64,000 nucleotides of DNA from Escherichia phage Esco_phi_B-01. This document shows positions 52,807 to 62,895 of this stretch, in pieces. Location of the stretch: the sequence record OP292222.1, one strand, 5' to 3'. How positions within the stretch are numbered: the stretch's first letter is position 1; every line of letters starts with the position of its first letter. The notes under the pieces were generated by a model. It was not told the DNA's origin. It was given only the letters and a program-made list of their open reading frames with translations, and made no database searches. Made by a program: the position numbers and the translations under genes.

Positions 52807-53927
52807 TAATATTTTTCTCTAAATTCAGCGACCCAAACCTGACCAGGCTTAGTACCTGTTTTATCGTATAACTGAGCTATGGTAGTACCCATATTCTTAG
52901 TTTCGGTACCGAAATTCATACGAATACCATTTACACCAAATTCGGCTGATTTAGGTTGAGATTCTGGCTCTGATACTTCACCAAACATCACATTACGTAC
53001 ACCGCCAACTCCATCGGCCACTGTTTTTCTTGCATACAATGTAAATGTTTCAGTATTAGCAGGAACTTCAATTACCCGCTCAAAAGTCATCCAAGACCCA
53101 GCAGGGACATTAGGTGGAACTTCCATATTAACCGACCCTGTTAAAGCACCTGAGGCATTAAAAAATCTAACAGACATCTGAGAGGTCCCTAAATCTTTTA
53201 ATTCCTGGTCACACATCATTTGGAATTTAAGATAAAAGAATTCTCCAGGCTTCATATTATAATCGGCGCAAGGAGTAGTAGGAGATTCAGTAGGGAAACG
53301 TTTTATTTCCTCTCCATCATTACTTAGATAAGTGTTTTCATCTTCCACTATTCTTATAGGATACCCGGTGCCGCCAACATCACTGATATCGTCAAAAACG
53401 ACTTCTAATGGTGTAGAAACATCTTCAACAAACACCCCATCATTATAAAGGACGTGTTCCATCACTATAGTATTTCTACCGGACACGTAAAAGGCCGAAT
53501 AAGACGGCTCGAAGCGGTCTATTAGCCATTTAGATGGAAATGCGGTACTTCCAGCTGCACGGAACCAATCAATAAGATTTTGTGAAGCATTTAATCTACC
53601 GGAAGATACTAAACAAACTATTCTATTGGCTGGTATTGAACTTATGTAAGTAATAAAAGCTTCAGAGATAACATCAAAATCTTTTGTAAAGCTATAAGTT
53701 TTGTTAGCCACCACTTTAGGTTCGGCACTAACATCAATTTCTATAAGGTTTAGTCCATTTTGAAAATTCTGGGGACCAAAGTCCCCATCTTGAAATTTAA
53801 CATATGCTTTTGTGGTAGACTTAGTACAGCTACCTGCTATACTAAGTTTATACCTTACAGCATTGTTTTCAGATAATGTAGGAACCTGGACATATCCTTG
53901 TCCAAATTCTGCCATAAATCTTTCCAT
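52806..53927 (-). CDS. 35: gp35 long tail fiber hinge protein
   Basis: MERFMAEFGQGYVQ and C-terminus like T4 gp35. Confidence 0.88.
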   Translation of the reverse strand: MERFMAEFGQGYVQVPTLSENNAVRYKLSIAGSCTKSTTKAYVKFQDGDFGPQNFQNGLNLIEIDVSAEPKVVANKTYSFTKDFDVISEAFITYISSIPANRIVCLVSSGRLNASQNLIDWFRAAGSTAFPSKWLIDRFEPSYSAFYVSGRNTIVMEHVLYNDGVFVEDVSTPLEVVFDDISDVGGTGYPIRIVEDENTYLSNDGEEIKRFPTESPTTPCADYNMKPGEFFYLKFQMMCDQELKDLGTSQMSVRFFNASGALTGSVNMEVPPNVPAGSWMTFERVIEVPANTETFTLYARKTVADGVGGVRNVMFGEVSEPESQPKSAEFGVNGIRMNFGTETKNMGTTIAQLYDKTGTKPGQVWVAEFREKY

Positions 53928-53935
53928 AATACCTC

Positions 53936-56900
53936 TTATTCAATCCACTCAAACTTAACGGATTTAGTGACTGGGTCAGGGATAATACGAACATTACCAA
54001 TACGTAACCAATCAAGGATTGTAATGTTTTTCATGGTGGCATTATCTGCAGGTAAAGCACCCACGTCATTGGCTGTAGGCGGGTTAGCTGCTGTATAAAC
54101 CATAGCAAAATCCGTCCACTCATTTTTATTTTTCTGCCAAGTACGGGTATAACGAATGGTACCACCATTCAAACCTACAGGATAACAAATCCAATCTTGA
54201 TAACACGAATCCAATGTATTACCAAACTGGGTTAACGTACCAGGGTATTTAATTTCGTTTTTATCTCTATCAAAGAAATCAAACCATTGGCCTCTAAGCT
54301 TTTCATCATTAGAGCCTAAAACCGGGGCTCCTTCAGTACCATCCTCATTCAGATAATGTATTTCAGGCGAATCAAAAGTTCCATCTAACGTCAACCAGCC
54401 TGAGGCTTTCCAAACTTCATCCGTCACCGAAGGTGGCTTGGTCTGAATTGTATCAATAGTTATATGACGACGTAATATCATTCTATGATACCCAGGGAAC
54501 TTACTATAAGTAGCCTCGTCATTGATATCAACAGACCAGAAGCCAACTGTCTCTGCCGTAGGAACCTGAGAATCTAATGTAGGCTTAGTACCAAATACGC
54601 GAACCGGAGCATTCACACGGAGTACACCGGACATTGTATCACCGGCTTGGTTAACAAAGTTTCTGTCTACAATTTCTACTGCGTTTTTCTCGGTAAGAAC
54701 TTTATAAGCACCACCACCATTAGCTACGATATTTCCTGCATCTAATGTTTTAAGTACCAAGTTCTGTGAGTTATCGCCTAAAGTCAATGTAGCACCAGAA
54801 GCTTCACCAGTGGTGGTTGCGATAGTTCTTCCATTTAACACAAAGTTATTTTTGGCTTGAACATCATTACCAGCGCTAAGGTTGTTAAGTGCAGCAACAT
54901 TACCTGTAGCAGTGTTTAATGTCAATACGTTAGTAGTATCGCCAATCGTTAATGTAGTTCCAGTAGATGGAGATGTTATTTTCCATTTATTAGTTCCGTT
55001 AACAACATTCACTGTACCAAAGGTAGAATTAGTAGCTGTAACATCCGTAAATGTAGCAGTACTAGAAGACACCAGAGGGGCTGCCAGGTTCAATTGTTTG
55101 GTCAGGGTTAAAGAACCATTAACCGTTTGGTCGACGTCTCTACGAATGAACTGAAGTGAATCCAGGCCATCCAATTTCTCGGAGTTCACAGCCGTAGCAT
55201 TTATAGGTAAAAAGTTCTGTAAAGTTTTATTCATCTCGTAAGATGAAACCGCATAACCTGTTTTAGGATAGTTGGCTGCATTCAGAACAGTATCGTCATT
55301 CTCATAAAGGCCTGTAGCTGAGTTAAATTTAACACCAGAACCGGTAACTTTATTTCCTGAGTAAGTCAAAGCACCTTCGGTCAATTTAACAAATCCACGA
55401 CGAAGTGCAGTAGATTCCCAAGTGGTTTCGGTCTGTACTACATATTTTAAACCAGAAGGGCTTACAGCCAGAACTTTAGAAGTTCCTGCAGTGGTTTCGG
55501 TATTCGTTGCAACACGAATAATACCTTCAGAACTTTCAGTAGATTTTTTAGAGTGTAATTTCAAAGGAGTGATGATGGTTTTGTCATCAGTGCCAACATT
55601 GACTTCGGTCTGGGTAGCCAGACGAGCGGTACCACGTTGGGTCTCATTTGCTTCTCTAATATCTAGTGTATAATGGTTCCATAAGGTTCCTGATTCAATC
55701 AAACCACTGGCTGCTGAGACAGAAGTTCTAGCAGTATCATTAAGTCTTGTTTTAATTTTCAACGGAGTTGAAATAACATTATCTAACGTGCCTTCATCAA
55801 ATTCTGCCTGGGTTGCAATTCTAGCAATACCAGTCAATCCTTCCGTAGCTTTCCTATCATTTAACGTTTTAGGCGTTACCGCACGAGTATAATCTGTTCC
55901 AGTATCTGTCTCTACTTGCGTAGCAATTTCAATTAACCCTGTACGAGTATCAAGAGCCACACGAGCATGCAACGTTTCAGGAGAAACCGCGCTGTTAGCA
56001 AATCCACTAGCAGATTGTCCGGTATTAACTTCTGATTGGGTAGAAAGATATACCGTACCTTGTTGGACTTGAGTAGCTTTATATTGGTCTAAAGCTTTAG
56101 GAGAAATAACCAAATTGCCTACGTTCTTATTATAAACGTTAGTACCTACAGTGTCCCTAGCAGTCGCAGGAGTTGTGTCTACCGTAGAGGTATATTTTAC
56201 AATACCTGAAAGACTTTCAGTGCCCTGGCGCGTCTGTAGCTTCTTAGGAGTAATAATGGTGGTATCGTCAACACCGGCATCAGTTTCCTGTTGCGTAGCA
56301 ATTTCGGCTACACCACGACGAGTTTCGGTTGCAGTACGTTCGTTTAATTTCTTAGGAGAAATAATCAAATCATCCTGGAAAGCGAAAGTTGTATCTTGGT
56401 TCACCTGAGCAGTCGTAGCAATACGAGCAATACCACGACGAGTTTCAGTGGCAACACGATTGGCTAAAGTCTGAGGAGTAATTGCAAGTTCTTTTTCAGG
56501 ATTATTTTCATGGTCAACGTTAGCCTGGGTCTGAGACGCAAGGGCAATAACACCAAGACGAGCACGAGTTAAATCATCCTTAGAATCTACACGTTCTACT
56601 GTAGGAACGTTCTGAGCAACAACCCAATATTTACCGCCTGTAGTGGTGTCTTCGATATAACTCAGTTCAATAACCGGGGTATAACTTATATTGCCATTAA
56701 AGGTCAATACGTCATTCAACACCCATTCAGTATCTGGTGGATATTCAGAACGTTTAGGGAACTGGAGCAATTGAACAGAAGAAGCAATTTTATCACCTAC
56801 AGCAGCCTTAATATTTACTGTCTGTGCTTTACGAAGATAGTTCAATGCGATTTTAATAGTATCGCCTTGTGCTACGCTAGTAGGTAAAGTGATATTAATA

Positions 56901-57907
56901 GTTTGTGGAGTTGTGTTATTAGGACCAAAAACAATAATACTTTCGTTAGCCAAAAGTTCTACGTCATCACGAATAACACGCAGTCGAGTTTGGCGGTCAC
57001 CGTCCCAAACATACCATATTTTTTCAACAGAGTTATAAACAAAGAACCCATCACCAGAGGTACGGAATTCCATGCTATGCTGGCCAGGCTTACCTAATGA
57101 AGACGATGCATCAAAGGTTTCAACGATTAAGTGGAACTTACTTCCAAGACCATCGATATCTACGGTTTTAACCATATCACCTTGGTTCGCATACTTAGGA
57201 AGAGTAAATTTAATTACTGCACCTGAAGTATAACGACGTAAAACGTTATCACCCGCTTGAGCTTGGAACTGTGCAGTATTAGGCTCTACGCGAATACCAC
57301 GTTCTTCGTTACCTGCTTCCCAGAAATGCCAAAGACGGTTAGCAAAGATAAGCATGTTATAAGAAAAAGGTTTGGTTATCAGAGTTTCAGAGAACTGGTT
57401 ACCAAATCGAACAATTTTCTGATTACCGCCGCCTGGAGCAGAACTAGATTGAACCTTGATTTCATTATAACCTACACGACCGCCGATATCCTTGATTACA
57501 ATGGTATCACCATCAGTAGGGTTAGGAGGCAGAGTAAATGTAGTAAAGCTAGCAGCTGAGTCCACCGCAATATATTCACCGGAAGCCAACTGGCGCGTAG
57601 GAGATGCTACTGTAATCCATTTAGGGTCAGTACGGGTAGCAGTCCAATAACCAGGTACAAAAGTTCCAGATGGTGCAGCGATATCACGTTGAGCAACCCA
57701 AATACGTTGGTCATGGATTACGGCAAACCCTTTCTTATATCCGCGCGTCTCGTCGTACGCCTGGATGGTGTTCTCATCTATAAAGAATTCAACGTTGACG
57801 CCATCATCTAGTACATTGTAATCGGCTTTGGCAACATTGATAACTTTCTCGCCCGCAGCATCGAGTCCGGATGTAGCACGGAATGCAGGTTTTAAAATAT
57901 CAGCCAT
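53936..57907 (-). CDS. 34: gp34 long tail fiber proximal subunit
   Basis: 1323 aa; gene order 34-35-36-37-38 as in T4. Confidence 0.9.
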   Translation of the reverse strand: MADILKPAFRATSGLDAAGEKVINVAKADYNVLDDGVNVEFFIDENTIQAYDETRGYKKGFAVIHDQRIWVAQRDIAAPSGTFVPGYWTATRTDPKWITVASPTRQLASGEYIAVDSAASFTTFTLPPNPTDGDTIVIKDIGGRVGYNEIKVQSSSAPGGGNQKIVRFGNQFSETLITKPFSYNMLIFANRLWHFWEAGNEERGIRVEPNTAQFQAQAGDNVLRRYTSGAVIKFTLPKYANQGDMVKTVDIDGLGSKFHLIVETFDASSSLGKPGQHSMEFRTSGDGFFVYNSVEKIWYVWDGDRQTRLRVIRDDVELLANESIIVFGPNNTTPQTINITLPTSVAQGDTIKIALNYLRKAQTVNIKAAVGDKIASSVQLLQFPKRSEYPPDTEWVLNDVLTFNGNISYTPVIELSYIEDTTTGGKYWVVAQNVPTVERVDSKDDLTRARLGVIALASQTQANVDHENNPEKELAITPQTLANRVATETRRGIARIATTAQVNQDTTFAFQDDLIISPKKLNERTATETRRGVAEIATQQETDAGVDDTTIITPKKLQTRQGTESLSGIVKYTSTVDTTPATARDTVGTNVYNKNVGNLVISPKALDQYKATQVQQGTVYLSTQSEVNTGQSASGFANSAVSPETLHARVALDTRTGLIEIATQVETDTGTDYTRAVTPKTLNDRKATEGLTGIARIATQAEFDEGTLDNVISTPLKIKTRLNDTARTSVSAASGLIESGTLWNHYTLDIREANETQRGTARLATQTEVNVGTDDKTIITPLKLHSKKSTESSEGIIRVATNTETTAGTSKVLAVSPSGLKYVVQTETTWESTALRRGFVKLTEGALTYSGNKVTGSGVKFNSATGLYENDDTVLNAANYPKTGYAVSSYEMNKTLQNFLPINATAVNSEKLDGLDSLQFIRRDVDQTVNGSLTLTKQLNLAAPLVSSSTATFTDVTATNSTFGTVNVVNGTNKWKITSPSTGTTLTIGDTTNVLTLNTATGNVAALNNLSAGNDVQAKNNFVLNGRTIATTTGEASGATLTLGDNSQNLVLKTLDAGNIVANGGGAYKVLTEKNAVEIVDRNFVNQAGDTMSGVLRVNAPVRVFGTKPTLDSQVPTAETVGFWSVDINDEATYSKFPGYHRMILRRHITIDTIQTKPPSVTDEVWKASGWLTLDGTFDSPEIHYLNEDGTEGAPVLGSNDEKLRGQWFDFFDRDKNEIKYPGTLTQFGNTLDSCYQDWICYPVGLNGGTIRYTRTWQKNKNEWTDFAMVYTAANPPTANDVGALPADNATMKNITILDWLRIGNVRIIPDPVTKSVKFEWIE

Positions 57908-57939
57908 TTTATTTCCTTTTCGTTTTCAGGGTATAGAAC

Positions 57940-57947
57940 TATTTATA
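57940..57947 (-). promoter_or_regulatory. T4 late promoter TATAAATA (minus strand) for gene 34
   Basis: plus-strand tatttata 32 nt upstream of the gene 34 start. Confidence 0.55.
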
Positions 57948-57954
57948 GCAAAGT

Positions 57955-57983
57955 GTTTACTTCTTCCAGGGTCATGATATAAT
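57955..57983 (+). promoter_or_regulatory. T4-type early promoter (GTTTAC - 17 - TGaTATAAT) for rnh
   Basis: consensus; diverges from the gene 34 late promoter. Confidence 0.6.
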
Positions 57984-58014
57984 AACCTTCTACACTAATT
58001 GGACAGAGGTTCAT

Positions 58015-58962
58015 ATGAACGATTTAGATTTCTTACTTCCTGAAGAAGACCAACAAAAAGACGGATTTTTACTCCTGGATTTCAGCCAAATCATTATGGC
58101 TGCAGCCTTCCAAGAATTTGGTGAAAGCGCTGGATTTCCTAAAGTAACCACAGCAATGCTTCGACACCTTGTGTTGAATTCAATTAAGAAAAACATTAAA
58201 GACTTTAAAAAACAAGGTTACAACCAACTAATCATTTGTGTTGATAACTCTAAATCAGGTTATTGGCGTCGTCGTTATTCTTCTTATTATAAGAAAAACC
58301 GTGCCAAGGCACGTGACGAATCACCATTTGATTGGGAAGGCTTATTCACTGCAATGCATATTATTGTGGATGAACTGGAACAAAACATGCCTTATATTGT
58401 TATGAATATCGATACAATCGAGGCTGATGACCATATTGCTGTATTGACTCGTATCCTTACGGCTAAAGGCCATCCGGTTATGATTGGTTCTTCTGATGGT
58501 GACTTTACCCAACTTCATAAATTTCCTGGTGTAAAACAATGGTCTCCAATGCAGAAAAAATTCGTCAAAACAAAATCCGGTGATGCTCTGCTTGATTGTG
58601 TGACTAAGGTTGTTAAAGGTGACCGCAAGGACAACGTTGCAAGTATTAAAGTTCGTGGTGATTATTGGTTGACAATGGTTGAAGGCGAACGTACTCCTAG
58701 CACTCGTGCCAAGGAACTTGAAGCAATTGCTCTGAATTATTATGACCATGATATAATTAAAACACTTCTTACTGAGGAACAATATGAACGTTTCTGTGAA
58801 AACCAAATCTTAATTGATATGGACTTTATTCCAGACGATATTGTTGCTTTAATTACTGAAAGATATAATACGTATAACAAACCTTCGAAATCTAAAGTTT
58901 ATCCTTATTTCGTTAAATCAGGTTTGTCTAAACTAACTGCTACAGTAGCTGATTTTTATTAA
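58015..58962 (+). CDS. rnh: RNase H (FEN-1-like 5'-3' exonuclease)
   Basis: LLDFSQI, CVDNSKSGYWRR, SSDGDFTQLH match T4 RNase H. Confidence 0.9.
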   Translation: MNDLDFLLPEEDQQKDGFLLLDFSQIIMAAAFQEFGESAGFPKVTTAMLRHLVLNSIKKNIKDFKKQGYNQLIICVDNSKSGYWRRRYSSYYKKNRAKARDESPFDWEGLFTAMHIIVDELEQNMPYIVMNIDTIEADDHIAVLTRILTAKGHPVMIGSSDGDFTQLHKFPGVKQWSPMQKKFVKTKSGDALLDCVTKVVKGDRKDNVASIKVRGDYWLTMVEGERTPSTRAKELEAIALNYYDHDIIKTLLTEEQYERFCENQILIDMDFIPDDIVALITERYNTYNKPSKSKVYPYFVKSGLSKLTATVADFY

Positions 58963-58972
58963 GGTGAATATA

Positions 58973-59242
58973 ATGGCTAAAGAAAAAGTGAAAGTTGAAT
59001 TCAATCAAGAAGAACATGGTAATACCCTGGCCCAGTTGATTAAAACTGCTTCCGATACTAAATTAAAAATGGAAGCATATGGTGACGAAATTAAAGATAT
59101 CAAAGACCGTGCTAAGACTGAACTTGGTGTAGACGGTAAAATGTTTAACCAGCTGTTCTCCCTGTATCATAAAGGCACTCGTGAACGTTTCGAAGACGAA
59201 AAAACTGAAGTGGTAGAACTGTATGACACAATCTTTGAATGA
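58973..59242 (+). CDS. dsbA: DsbA double-stranded DNA binding protein
   Basis: 89 aa; ELGVDGKMFNQLFSLYHK and C-terminal VVELYDT match T4 DsbA; RBS aaggtg. Confidence 0.75.
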   Translation: MAKEKVKVEFNQEEHGNTLAQLIKTASDTKLKMEAYGDEIKDIKDRAKTELGVDGKMFNQLFSLYHKGTRERFEDEKTEVVELYDTIFE

Positions 59243-59525
59243 TTTTGATGGAGCGGTTAATACCGCTTCTGAACCCGTCCATGTATTGGTAAATAAACAA
59301 CAGAATGGCCTTGATATTGAGGCCTTTGTTGAGGCTGAAGGTTGTAGTTACCTCGAAGCGGCTACCGCATGGTTGGAAGAGAACAGCATCCCTGAAGGTA
59401 ACTTTGCTCGTTATTTGCCTGCAGGAATTATTGATAAAATTATGAACGAGGCCATTGATGATAACTTGCTTCGTCCTTCAATGGCACGAACGCAAAAAAC
59501 TAATACCCTGGATTTCTTGTTATGA
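59223..59525 (+). CDS. 33: gp33 late transcription co-activator
   Basis: SYLEAATAWLEENSIPE...NLLRPS...KTNTLDFLL matches T4 gp33. Confidence 0.8.
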   Translation: MTQSLNDFDGAVNTASEPVHVLVNKQQNGLDIEAFVEAEGCSYLEAATAWLEENSIPEGNFARYLPAGIIDKIMNEAIDDNLLRPSMARTQKTNTLDFLL

Positions 59526-60175
59526 TTAAGATTCGCATGCCACCAAACAATAACCGTATGGTGAATGGTAAGAGCGTATATTCACTATACTTAATGCTCA
59601 AACATCACTTCAATGCCAAATACGACGTTATAAAATATAACTGGGTCATGCGAATCTCTGATACGGCTTACCAAAAACGTCGTGACAAATATTTCTTCGA
59701 GAAATTGAGTGATAAATACACTTTGAAAGAGCTTGCTCTTATCTTCATGAGTAACTTGGTGGCTAACCAAGATGCATGGATTGGCGACATCAGTGATGCT
59801 GACGCCTTAGTCTTTTACCGAGAATATATCGGTAGACTTAAAAGAATAAAACAAGTTTTTGAGGATGATATCAAAAACATCTATTATTTCAGTAAGAAAG
59901 TGGAAGTTCAAGCGCTTTCTGAAATTTTTGAATATAATAAAAAAGTTAACTCGAGCTATATTTTTAAGCTCCTTCAATCGAATGTTATTTCATTCGAAAC
60001 GTTTATTTTGCTTGATTCATTTATGGATATAATAAATAAACATGATGAACAGACCAACGATTTAGTGTGGTCTAAGTATTCGACTAAATTAAATGCTTAT
60101 AAGAAAATTCTTATAATCGATAATTTAGAAGCTCGTAAATTGTTCATTGAAACTATCAAATCTTGTAAGTTTTAA
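59522..60175 (+). CDS. 59: gp59 helicase loader
   Basis: MIKIRMP...YDVIKYNWVMRISD...SNLVANQDAWIGDISDADALVFYREYIGRLK nearly identical to T4 gp59. Confidence 0.88.
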   Translation: MIKIRMPPNNNRMVNGKSVYSLYLMLKHHFNAKYDVIKYNWVMRISDTAYQKRRDKYFFEKLSDKYTLKELALIFMSNLVANQDAWIGDISDADALVFYREYIGRLKRIKQVFEDDIKNIYYFSKKVEVQALSEIFEYNKKVNSSYIFKLLQSNVISFETFILLDSFMDIINKHDEQTNDLVWSKYSTKLNAYKKILIIDNLEARKLFIETIKSCKF

Positions 60176-60184
60176 TGCTTCATA

Positions 60185-60265
60185 TTAAATGTGTTAATAT
60201 ACTAACTCAATCTGTTAAAAACTGTTAATAAAATACAACTGCTAAAATCTGCTAAGGTAAATAAT
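60185..60265 (+). promoter_or_regulatory. gene 32 5' leader with reiterated CTG(T/C)TAA elements (candidate gp32 translational operator)
   Basis: five repeats at 60192, 60213, 60223, 60240, 60250 in an A/T-rich leader. Confidence 0.45.
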
Positions 60266-61171
60266 ATGTTCAAACGTAAAGACCCTTCCCAACTGGCTGC
60301 TCAACTGTCTGCAATGAAAGGTGGTTCTTCTTTCTCTTCCGATGATAAAGCTGAATGGAAATTGAAAGATGACAATGGTGTTGGTACTGCGGTAATTCGT
60401 TTCCTACCTTCGAAAAACGAAGAAAATCCATCTCCATTCGTTAAGCTCGTTAACCACGGCTTTAAGAAAAATGGTCAATGGTACATTGAAAACTGTACGT
60501 CTACTCACGGTGATTTCGATTCTTGTCCTGTATGTAAATACATGAACCAGAACGATACGTATAATACTAATAACGCCGAATACAAACTGATGAAACGTAA
60601 AACTTCCTTCTGGGCTAACATCCTTGTTATTAAGGATAGTGCAGTGCCTGCTAACGAAGGTAAAGTGTTTAAATTCCGTTTCGGTCAGAAAATTATGGAT
60701 AAAATCAACCAGATGGTTGAAGTTGATACTGATATTGGTGAAGTGCCGGTTGACGTAACATGTCCGTTTGATGGTGCTAACTTCGTACTGAAATCTAAGA
60801 AAGTTGGTGACTTCAAAAACTACGACGATTCCAAATTCATGGGTCAGTCTGAAATTCCTAACATCAATGATGAAGCTTACCAAGCTAAATTGATGGAAGA
60901 AATGCACGACCTTTCTAAACTGCTCGAGTTCAAATCGTTTGAAACTAACGAAGCCAAGTTTAAGAAAGTTGTTGGTACTGCTGCTCTTGGTGGTGCTGCC
61001 GCTAAAGCTTCTGCAGCTGCTGATAAGATTGGTGATGACCTGGACGCATTCAGTGCAGACCTTGATGCATATGATTCCAAACCGTCTACACCGACCCGTT
61101 CCACTACTCCTGAACCATCAGTAAGTCCTTCTGATGACGATGGTCTGGACGACCTGTTAGCTGGTCTATAA
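60266..61171 (+). CDS. 32: gp32 single-stranded DNA binding protein
   Basis: 301 aa; MFKRK...AVIRFLPSK...VNHGFKKNG...zinc site and acidic C-terminus as in T4. Confidence 0.95.
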   Translation: MFKRKDPSQLAAQLSAMKGGSSFSSDDKAEWKLKDDNGVGTAVIRFLPSKNEENPSPFVKLVNHGFKKNGQWYIENCTSTHGDFDSCPVCKYMNQNDTYNTNNAEYKLMKRKTSFWANILVIKDSAVPANEGKVFKFRFGQKIMDKINQMVEVDTDIGEVPVDVTCPFDGANFVLKSKKVGDFKNYDDSKFMGQSEIPNINDEAYQAKLMEEMHDLSKLLEFKSFETNEAKFKKVVGTAALGGAAAKASAAADKIGDDLDAFSADLDAYDSKPSTPTRSTTPEPSVSPSDDDGLDDLLAGL

Positions 61172-61187
61172 GTTATTGATTTATAAT

Positions 61188-61213
61188 GGGAAGACTTCGG
61201 TCTTCCCTTTTTG
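61188..61213 (+). terminator. intrinsic terminator (gggaagac-ttcg-gtcttccc + T5)
   Basis: 8-bp stem, UUCG loop, T run. Confidence 0.7.
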
Positions 61214-61223
61214 GCATTTAATG

Positions 61224-61252
61224 GTTTACAATGCCTTTAAACATGATACTAT
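61224..61252 (+). promoter_or_regulatory. T4-type early promoter (GTTTAC - 17 - TGaTACTAT)
   Basis: consensus plus conserved leader. Confidence 0.65.
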
Positions 61253-61281
61253 AGACCTATCAACTACATGAGGAAATAAAA

Positions 61282-61650
61282 ATGGAAATTGGTAAATTTT
61301 ACGTATTAGACCCTGCTGCCAAAAAACAATTCATCGCTGGTAGTCCTGATGATAATTATAATTCGTGCATGGTCAAGTTGATGGAACAACATGGCAATTC
61401 CTTCAAAGTCCTGGATATGAGTTATATTGAAGGTGATTATTTTGTTGAAAAAGTTGAAATGAAAGATGGCACTATCCTGAATAGTATGGGTGGGCCTGAT
61501 GAGTACTTTGAACTCGGTGAATGGGAATTCCAACATTTCATGGAAGTTGATGGTGATGCACCTGTTGATACCCAAACCATTCATGTGCAGGTAAACCACA
61601 AAAATGCGGCAGAAGTTGTTGCCTTGATTAAAGCAACCTTTGGAATTTAA
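61282..61650 (+). CDS. hypothetical protein (122 aa), tandem paralog of the next gene
   Basis: shares M.IGK.Y.L.P...EEYFEL.E.EF architecture with 61654-62034. Confidence 0.5.
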   Translation: MEIGKFYVLDPAAKKQFIAGSPDDNYNSCMVKLMEQHGNSFKVLDMSYIEGDYFVEKVEMKDGTILNSMGGPDEYFELGEWEFQHFMEVDGDAPVDTQTIHVQVNHKNAAEVVALIKATFGI

Positions 61651-61653
61651 AAA

Positions 61654-62034
61654 ATGAAAATTGGTAAAAAATACGAACTTCGCCCTGAGTGTATCAAAGC
61701 TTTTATTAATATCACCCCTATCAATAATAATGATATGGTCGATATTATCCAAGAAAACGGCGGGTGGTTTGAAGTAAAGGATACAATGACCACAGATGGG
61801 GATAAATTTGTAACTAAAATCAAATGTGCTAATGGCAAGATTTTTAGTTCGGACGGAACACTAGAGGAATATTTTGAATTGCATGAAGATGAGTTCTATT
61901 GCTTCCGTGAATATGACGAAGATGAAGTTGACAAACCTGTTACTAAGGCAGGCGTGACTCAAATCCATTGCATTGTTACCGAACAGAACGTTGACCAAAT
62001 TATTGAACTTTTGCAAAAAACTTTTAAGGCCTAA
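61654..62034 (+). CDS. hypothetical protein (126 aa), tandem paralog
   Basis: see previous. Confidence 0.5.
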   Translation: MKIGKKYELRPECIKAFINITPINNNDMVDIIQENGGWFEVKDTMTTDGDKFVTKIKCANGKIFSSDGTLEEYFELHEDEFYCFREYDEDEVDKPVTKAGVTQIHCIVTEQNVDQIIELLQKTFKA

Positions 62035-62035
62035 C

Positions 62036-62296
62036 ATGACTAAAGATGATTTCCTGGATGCAGTAGAAAAAGCCAGTGAGAAATTTGAAGTGATGGCTGT
62101 TCGAGTTCACAAAGACCGAAATTACGGCCTCGATATCCAAACGTATTCGTTATGGCTTGTAGGTGAACATAGCCTTGTAACCACTTTAGTTATGGGTGTT
62201 GATGCTCAACCTTTACTGGTTAAATTTAGAAGTATGGAAAAAGCCACCAAGGAAATGATTAAACTTGGTAAATGGCTTGATAAAATTCAAAAATAA
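62036..62296 (+). CDS. hypothetical protein (86 aa)
   Basis: first ATG 2 nt after upstream stop. Confidence 0.45.
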   Translation: MTKDDFLDAVEKASEKFEVMAVRVHKDRNYGLDIQTYSLWLVGEHSLVTTLVMGVDAQPLLVKFRSMEKATKEMIKLGKWLDKIQK

Positions 62297-62298
62297 AT

Positions 62299-62327
62299 GT
62301 TTACAAGGTCTATAGGCATGATACTAT
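62299..62327 (+). promoter_or_regulatory. T4-type early promoter (GTTTAC - 17 - TGaTACTAT)
   Basis: consensus; flanking inverted repeat ggtctatag / ctatagacc. Confidence 0.65.
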
Positions 62328-62359
62328 AGACCTATCAACTAACGAGTGAGGAAAATAAA

Positions 62360-62587
62360 ATGGCTAAGGTTAATATTGATATCGTTGATTTTGAATACAC
62401 CTACGAAGTTATCCGTAATCGTTATCCTTCTTTGACTATGACTTATATCAAAGACACACAATTCTGTAGTATGCAAATTGAAGTCCAAGGTCCTCTTGAA
62501 GACCTTACCCGCTTTATGGCTGATGAATATTGCGATGGTATGCATGCTGAAGACGCTGAATTTTATATGGGCTTAATTCAAAAATAA
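62360..62587 (+). CDS. hypothetical protein (75 aa)
   Basis: ORF track; RBS gaggaaaat. Confidence 0.5.
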   Translation: MAKVNIDIVDFEYTYEVIRNRYPSLTMTYIKDTQFCSMQIEVQGPLEDLTRFMADEYCDGMHAEDAEFYMGLIQK

Positions 62588-62589
62588 GT

Positions 62590-62619
62590 GTTTACCTAAG
62601 GCTATGGTAGTGATACTAT
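62590..62619 (+). promoter_or_regulatory. T4-type early promoter (GTTTAC - 18 - TGaTACTAT)
   Basis: consensus; inverted repeat aaggctat / atagcctt around the -10. Confidence 0.6.
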
Positions 62620-62645
62620 AGCCTTATCAACTTGAGGAGAATAAA

Positions 62646-62885
62646 ATGAAATTACAACGCGAATCAATTAAAGATTCTGAAGTTAAAGGCAAATGGTACT
62701 TCACAATCCAAGGTAGCAATCCGGAAGCTCTGGAAAAAGCCGAACAAGCTTTGTGTGAAATGGGTTGGAAAGATGAGTGTGATGGATGTCCTCTTTATGA
62801 AGATGGTAGCTCATCTGGTTTCTGGATTCACCATTCTGATGTTGACCAATTTAAAGCTGACTGGAAAATCGCTAAGAAAGCGTGA
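62646..62885 (+). CDS. hypothetical protein (79 aa)
   Basis: ORF track; RBS gaggaga. Confidence 0.5.
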   Translation: MKLQRESIKDSEVKGKWYFTIQGSNPEALEKAEQALCEMGWKDECDGCPLYEDGSSSGFWIHHSDVDQFKADWKIAKKA

Positions 62886-62895
62886 GGAAAATATA

